Of a DNA stretch of 64,000 nt, positions 59,600-64,000 are shown piece by piece. The notes under the pieces were generated by a model that was given only the letters and a program-made list of their open reading frames with translations, was not told the origin of the DNA and ran no database searches. Positions within the stretch are counted from its first letter, which is position 1; each line of letters opens with the position of its first letter. Both the position numbers and the translations under genes were made by a program. This DNA is from an uncultured Phycisphaerales bacterium (GTDB lineage: Bacteria; Planctomycetota; Phycisphaerae; Tepidisphaerales; Tepidisphaeraceae). The stretch lies in the NCBI GenBank assembly GCA_963758525.1, contig CAVWVQ010000003.1, positions 32,001 through 96,000 of the forward strand. Reading direction: 5' to 3'.

Positions 59600-60437
59600 C
59601 CCGTGTCGGCGATAGCGCGATTCCCCGCCTTTTAATTTGCAATTTCCAATTCCCGACCCTGATATTCTGGCTCCTCGCTGCTAGCTCCTTACTCCTAATG
59701 ACCGGCTGCGCTGCTCCTACCAACCCCTCCTTTCCCATTTCGATCAATCAGGGTCGGACCGCGCTGAAACAAATGGCGGCGGACCCGCGGCCGCTGCCTC
59801 GACCGCTGATCCTGATCGGCGGATTCCTCGACCCGATTTCAACCGACTGGATGGAAGCGGAACTCCGCGCCATATCGCACGACCGGCGGATCGTGACCGT
59901 CTGCATCGCCGGGCACCTGAGCTTCTGGGGATACCGCCGCGAGCTGCTGGAGAAGATTGCACCCTTTTTGCCGCCCGACGAGAACGGTCGGCGTCCGGAA
60001 GCGGACGTGGTCGGCTTCTCGCTCGGCGGCCTTGTCGCACGATATTCCGCCATTCCGGAAAATGACGGCCGGGCGCCCTGCGCATATCGCGGCTTTTCAC
60101 CATCAGCACGCCCCACCGCGGATCGGCCAGCGCCCAGGCATTTCCTGTTCTCTTTAATCTGCAGGGAGAACTGCGTCATGAATCCGCTCGCTTGCGGGAG
60201 ATCGACAACGCGCCGCGCGATTATCCGATCTTTCCCTACGTTCGGCTGGGTGATCTGATCGTCGGGGCGAAGAACGCCGCGCCGCCAGGAGAGCGGGCGT
60301 GGTGGGTCTATACGCCGTGGTTTAATTTCGCCCACGAGGGAGCGCCGTGTGACCCGCGCATCATGGCTGATATTGCGCGGCGAATTCGCGGGGAGGAGCC
60401 GTTCTCGACGCTGCCGGCGACGCCGTTGCCGAAATGA
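59600..60437 (+). CDS. Alpha/beta hydrolase lipoprotein (start approximate, frameshift near 60077)
   Basis: Lipobox LMTGC, LIGGF, DVVGFSLGGLVARY (GxSxG), continuing as RLFTISTPHRG, GDLIVG, FAHEG. Confidence 0.65.
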
Positions 60438-60447
60438 ACATCCCTGA

Positions 60448-60600
60448 GAGCCCGTTTCACAACCCCCTCTCCCGGCACTTCGGGAGAGGGTCGGGGTGAG
60501 GGTGAGTTCGAAAACCAGCGGCTTTCGACGCTCCAAATCACCCTCACCCCAGCCCTCTCCCGGAGTAGCGGGCGAGGGGGAAGGGTTCGGAAATGGGCGA
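60448..60600. repeat. CCCTCTCCCGG-family palindrome bracketed by GAGCCCGTTTC-like ends
   Basis: GAGCCCGTTTCACAACC...palindrome...GGTTCGGAAATGGGC. Confidence 0.7.
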
Positions 60601-60641
60601 TAAACTAGATTTGAGAATCGGAATCGCCTTTGGAAAATCAC

Positions 60642-61115
60642 GTGAGACGTTCGAACTGCATCGCTTACATCGCGCTGGGATCAAATCTAGGGGACCGCGA
60701 GGCGCAGATTCGTTCGGCCGCTGAACTGCTTCGGCAGACGCCGGACGTGGAACTGGTGACGCTGTCGCCGCTTTTGCAGTTTCCCGCCGTCGGGGGGCCA
60801 GCGGATTCTCCGGATTTTCTCAATGGCGCTGCGGAGGTGCGGACAACACTCTCGCCGAGACAATTGCTGGACCGGTTGCTGGAAATCGAGCGGCAACTCG
60901 GACGCGTGCGCAACGAGAAATGGGGGCCGCGGAAGATCGACCTCGATCTGCTGCTGTACGGGGATCAGATCATCTCTTCCTCGGAGCTGAAAGTGCCGCA
61001 TCCCTTGATGGCCGAACGGCGATTCGTGCTGGAGCCCCTGGCACGCCTGGCGCCCGACGCGCGGCACCCAGTGCTGGGGAAGACGGTGTTGGAACTGCTG
61101 GAGAGGGTTCGCTAA
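60642..61115 (+). CDS. folK: HPPK, 2-amino-4-hydroxy-6-hydroxymethyldihydropteridine pyrophosphokinase
   Basis: AYIALGSNLGDR, FLNG, IERQLGRVR..WGPRKIDLDLL, PHP, RRFVLEPL. Confidence 0.95.
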   Translation: MRRSNCIAYIALGSNLGDREAQIRSAAELLRQTPDVELVTLSPLLQFPAVGGPADSPDFLNGAAEVRTTLSPRQLLDRLLEIERQLGRVRNEKWGPRKIDLDLLLYGDQIISSSELKVPHPLMAERRFVLEPLARLAPDARHPVLGKTVLELLERVR

Positions 61116-61173
61116 TGCGGGACTAAACGGGATGCCGTTCCGAAAGAAGCTGGCGTCCCCGTGCATTTGCAAA

Positions 61174-61235
61174 GGTTAGCCGCGACGCGCAGCGGAGCGC
61201 GTCCGGACGCGCTCCGCTGCGCGTCGCGGCTAACC
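61174..61235. repeat. REP-like hairpin (TTAGCCGCG family)
   Basis: GGTTAGCCGCGACGCGCAGCGGAGCGCGTCC GGACGCGCTCCGCTGCGCGTCGCGGCTAACC, a perfect palindrome. Confidence 0.85.
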
Positions 61236-61317
61236 CGCTACAGCAGGCTCCCCACTTCCGCGCCTGCGCATTCATGGCGAGTTTGCATTTTCCGTGGACC
61301 GGCCTAATCTCGCGGGC

Positions 61318-62193
61318 GTGACGGTTGTCAAAACAATCGCGGAGTGCCGGGCGGAACGATGGAAACTGGGGAAACTCGCCCTGGTCCCGACGATGGGGGC
61401 GCTGCACGCGGGGCACGTCTCGCTGATCGACTTGGCGCACGAGCACGACGCGGCAGTCGCGGTCAGCATCTTTGTCAATCCGACACAATTTGGGCCGCGG
61501 GAGGATTACAACCGGTATCCTCGGCCGATCGAGCAGGACCTCGCGAAGTGCGAAGCGGCAAAAGTGGATTTTGTCTTTCTGCCAGACGCGGAGGAAATGT
61601 ATCGGCCGGGATTGGCGGACATTGTCGTCGATCTGCCGCAACTCACCAGCGTTCTGGAAGGAAAACATCGCCCCGGACATTTCCGCGGTGTCTGCCAGGT
61701 AGTGGCAAAGCTCTTCAACATCACCCGGCCTGACTTTGCGGTCTTCGGGCAGAAAGATTTTCAGCAGCTTCGCGTAATTACCGCGATGGTCGAATCTCTC
61801 GATTGGCCGATCGAGATTGTTTCCGCGCCAACGCTCCGCGATCCCGACGGCATGGCCATCAGCAGCCGCAATCAATATCTGACGGCTGATGATCGCCGGC
61901 GCGGCCTGGCGATCAGCAAAGCGCTCTTCGCCGCCCAGGCCGAGTTCGACCGGGGCATCAATCAGACGAACCGTCTGTTGACGACGATGCAAAGGATTCT
62001 GCTCGAGCCGCACCTGCACATCGACTACATCGCCGCCGTCGATGCGCGGACCCTGAAGACGGTTGACGTCGTGCTGGAGCCGACAGTGCTCGCGCTGGCC
62101 GCTCGCGTGAATAACACCCGGCTGATCGACAATGTGGTGTTGGGAGAAGGCACGAAGGCACCAAGGCACGAAGGCACGAAGGGAAGGAACTAA
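61318..62193 (+). CDS. panC: Pantoate--beta-alanine ligase
   Basis: VPTMGALHAGH, SIFVNPTQF, RPGHFRGV, FGQKDFQQ, GMAISSRN, TRLIDN. Confidence 0.96.
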   Translation: MTVVKTIAECRAERWKLGKLALVPTMGALHAGHVSLIDLAHEHDAAVAVSIFVNPTQFGPREDYNRYPRPIEQDLAKCEAAKVDFVFLPDAEEMYRPGLADIVVDLPQLTSVLEGKHRPGHFRGVCQVVAKLFNITRPDFAVFGQKDFQQLRVITAMVESLDWPIEIVSAPTLRDPDGMAISSRNQYLTADDRRRGLAISKALFAAQAEFDRGINQTNRLLTTMQRILLEPHLHIDYIAAVDARTLKTVDVVLEPTVLALAARVNNTRLIDNVVLGEGTKAPRHEGTKGRN

Positions 62194-62378
62194 ACGACAT
62201 GGCGCGGCACCAACATGCCTTTCCTGTCTCCCTCTCCATCCCTACAATTCACCAAGCCATGAGGGATTCACAAATGACGACGTTTAAGAGATTTGTTCAC
62301 GCTTCACGTTTTCACGTTTCACGTCTTCACGTTTCCACTCCCTCACTTCGTGCCTTCGTCCCTTCGTCCCTTCGTCCC
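62149..62378. repeat. Inverted octamer arrays (GGCACGAA x4 / TTCGT[GC]CC x4) enclosing TTTCACG heptamers
   Basis: 62149-62180 and 62347-62378; TTCACG(T) units at ~62295-62335. Confidence 0.8.
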
Positions 62379-62390
62379 TTCTGACCCCCC

Positions 62391-63338
62391 ATGTACCCCG
62401 ACCTCTTCAAAATCCCCTTCACCAACTTCCCCGTCCACAGCTTCGGCGTCATGCTCGTGCTCGGCTTCATGCTGGCCATGGCGCTGGCGAAGTTTCTGGC
62501 ACGGCGCAGCAACCTGGACCCGGAAATCTTTGCCAACGCGGCGCTGATCGCCCTGCTCTCGGGCGTCGTGGGCGCGCGGCTTTCCCACGTCATCGAAAAC
62601 TGGCATCAGTACACCGACCCGACTCGCTCAGCGTGGGCAAACTTCCGCGAAGCGGTCAACATCACCGAGGGAGGGCTCACCTATTACGGCGGGTTTTTGA
62701 TGGCGACGGTCAGCTGCATCGGCTACGGCCTGTGGAAACGCGTGCCCATCCGCCTGGGAATGGACATCCTCGCACCGTGCATCATGATCGGCCTGGGATT
62801 CGGCCGCATCGGCTGCTTCCTCAACGGCTGCTGCTTTGGCGCTCAGTGCAATCTGCCGTGGGCGGTGGAGTTTCCGTATCACAGCTATGCGTTCATGGAC
62901 GAATACTCAAAGAACCAGCTCAAGACCAACGTGCCGGATGAGGTCCTCGGGCCGCCCAACATCTGGGGCGAGCGGTATCCGCTGCCGGTCGAGCAGGTTG
63001 GGCCGCAGCCCGAGCTGAAATCAAATCCGCTTCATCCGGCGCAGCTCTACAGCACCTTTACGGCATTGCTGCTCGCGGCGCTGCTCTACGCCTATTTCAC
63101 GCTCCCCCACGTTCCGGGGCGCGTCTTCGCGCTGATGATGGGTCTGGAGGGGATTTGCAGATATTTGCTGGAGCTGGTGCGCGATGAGCCGCGCGACTAT
63201 CTCAATCACACGGCAAGCCTGGGAATGGTGCAGGGCATTCTGATCTGTACCGGAGGATTGGCGTTGTGGGCGATTTTCGGGGCGATGCATCCAAGAAAGC
63301 CAGTCGCGCAACGAACTGGACCACCACTCACGACGTAG
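62391..63338 (+). CDS. lgt: Prolipoprotein diacylglyceryl transferase
   Basis: SFGVML, VGARL, GGLTYYGG, GRIGCFLNGCCFG, HPAQLY, RYLLELVR. Confidence 0.95.
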   Translation: MYPDLFKIPFTNFPVHSFGVMLVLGFMLAMALAKFLARRSNLDPEIFANAALIALLSGVVGARLSHVIENWHQYTDPTRSAWANFREAVNITEGGLTYYGGFLMATVSCIGYGLWKRVPIRLGMDILAPCIMIGLGFGRIGCFLNGCCFGAQCNLPWAVEFPYHSYAFMDEYSKNQLKTNVPDEVLGPPNIWGERYPLPVEQVGPQPELKSNPLHPAQLYSTFTALLLAALLYAYFTLPHVPGRVFALMMGLEGICRYLLELVRDEPRDYLNHTASLGMVQGILICTGGLALWAIFGAMHPRKPVAQRTGPPLTT

Positions 63339-63389
63339 TGGCCCAGGCCAAAGGGGTTATGCGCCACAATATAGATGACGGCTCATTGT

Positions 63390-63437
63390 TGCGTTGATGT
63401 TTCGAAATTGACATCAACGCACCACTGAATATACATT
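63390..63437 (+). promoter_or_regulatory. vapBC promoter with overlapping operator palindrome
   Basis: TGCGTTGATGT-N10-ACATCAACGCA (63390-63421) overlaps TTGACA (63408-13); TACATT at 63432-37. Confidence 0.7.
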
Positions 63438-63444
63438 CCCCTAC

Positions 63445-63693
63445 ATGCGCACCACCCTCACACTGGACGACGACGTAGCTGTGATGCTGGAACAGGCGAG
63501 GGTGAAATCAGCTGGGAATTTCAAGCAGTTGGTTAACGACTTGCTTCGAGCGGGGCTTCAACAAGCCTTGGAGCCGAAGGTGCCGGCTGTGCCGTACCGA
63601 ACACCATCGAGTGATGCCGGGAAATGTTTGATAGGCTCGATTGCTGACATCGAGCATGTGTTAACGGAGCTGGAAGGACCAATGCGTCGATGA
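63445..63693 (+). CDS. VapB-like antitoxin
   Basis: MRTTLTLDDDV..FKQLVNDLLRAGL; ATGA overlap with the PIN toxin. Confidence 0.85.
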   Translation: MRTTLTLDDDVAVMLEQARVKSAGNFKQLVNDLLRAGLQQALEPKVPAVPYRTPSSDAGKCLIGSIADIEHVLTELEGPMRR

Positions 63694-64000
63694 TTCTGGT
63701 CGATGCGAACCTGCTTCTATACGCGCGCATTTCGTCGTTTGCCGAGCACGAACGGACCAGATTCTGGCTTGACGGCCAATTGAACGGTCCCACACCTGTG
63801 GGTATACCGTGGCCATGTCTGACCGCATTTTTGCGGATCGCAATTAACCCTCGAGTATTTACCCGCCCGCTCGCCATAGACGAAGCTTGGAAACAGGTAC
63901 AGGAATGGCTGGCGTGCGGTCCGGTTTGGACGCCCGCTCCGACGGAGGCGCACGCGAGGGTCCTGGGCAAGCTCCTCGGAAGCACGGCCATGACGCCCAA
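63690..64000 (+). CDS. VapC-like PIN toxin (runs off the window)
   Basis: MILVDANLLLYA..EH..WL..VGIPW..FLRIAINPRVF. Confidence 0.85.
   Translation, partial: MILVDANLLLYARISSFAEHERTRFWLDGQLNGPTPVGIPWPCLTAFLRIAINPRVFTRPLAIDEAWKQVQEWLACGPVWTPAPTEAHARVLGKLLGSTAMTP

Noticed and set aside
13301..62169. Long antisense or alternate-frame ORFs (for example 13301-14632, 16143-17570, 34023-35498, 50717-52108, 52324-53565, 61123-62169)
   Set aside because: They shadow well-supported genes on the opposite strand and lack motifs, as expected in high-GC DNA.

Overview
GC-rich bacterial chromosomal window, most likely a planctomycete of class Phycisphaerae (Tepidisphaerales-like). This is inferred from gene content: MoxR/DUF58/transglutaminase, VWA-ExbBD-TPR cluster, CxxCxYNL..CPEC membrane proteins, an orphan atpG and an Hc1-like protein. 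Most of it is housekeeping: rnr, atpG, sufA/B/C/D, ruvAB, queF, ilvE, lolC/E-lolD, lysS, dapL, folK, panC, lgt and four tRNAs. These are interspersed with about six small toxin-antitoxin-like pairs and many intergenic repeats (REP-like palindromes, MITE-like elements, 7-/8-mer tandem-repeat arms arranged as inverted pairs). More than ten genes, including core ones, are split by single frameshifts in homopolymer or dinucleotide runs, which points to uncorrected long-read errors rather than pseudogenes. Most notable: (1) a four-helix-bundle (Avd/IVS-like) gene bracketed by a perfect 24-bp inverted repeat, inserted between lysS and lolC/E, with empty copies of the same arms elsewhere; (2) a LolD ATPase with a ~115-aa insertion of four hydrophobic segments inside the nucleotide-binding domain; (3) a DUF3990 ADP-ribosyltransferase-like gene pair inside the suf operon; (4) a Thr-Tyr-Trp tRNA array in which each tRNA has a non-canonical position; (5) a DEDDh exonuclease-WYL fusion; (6) repeated signs of leaderless transcription. 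All calls come from reading the sequence; no database searches were run.
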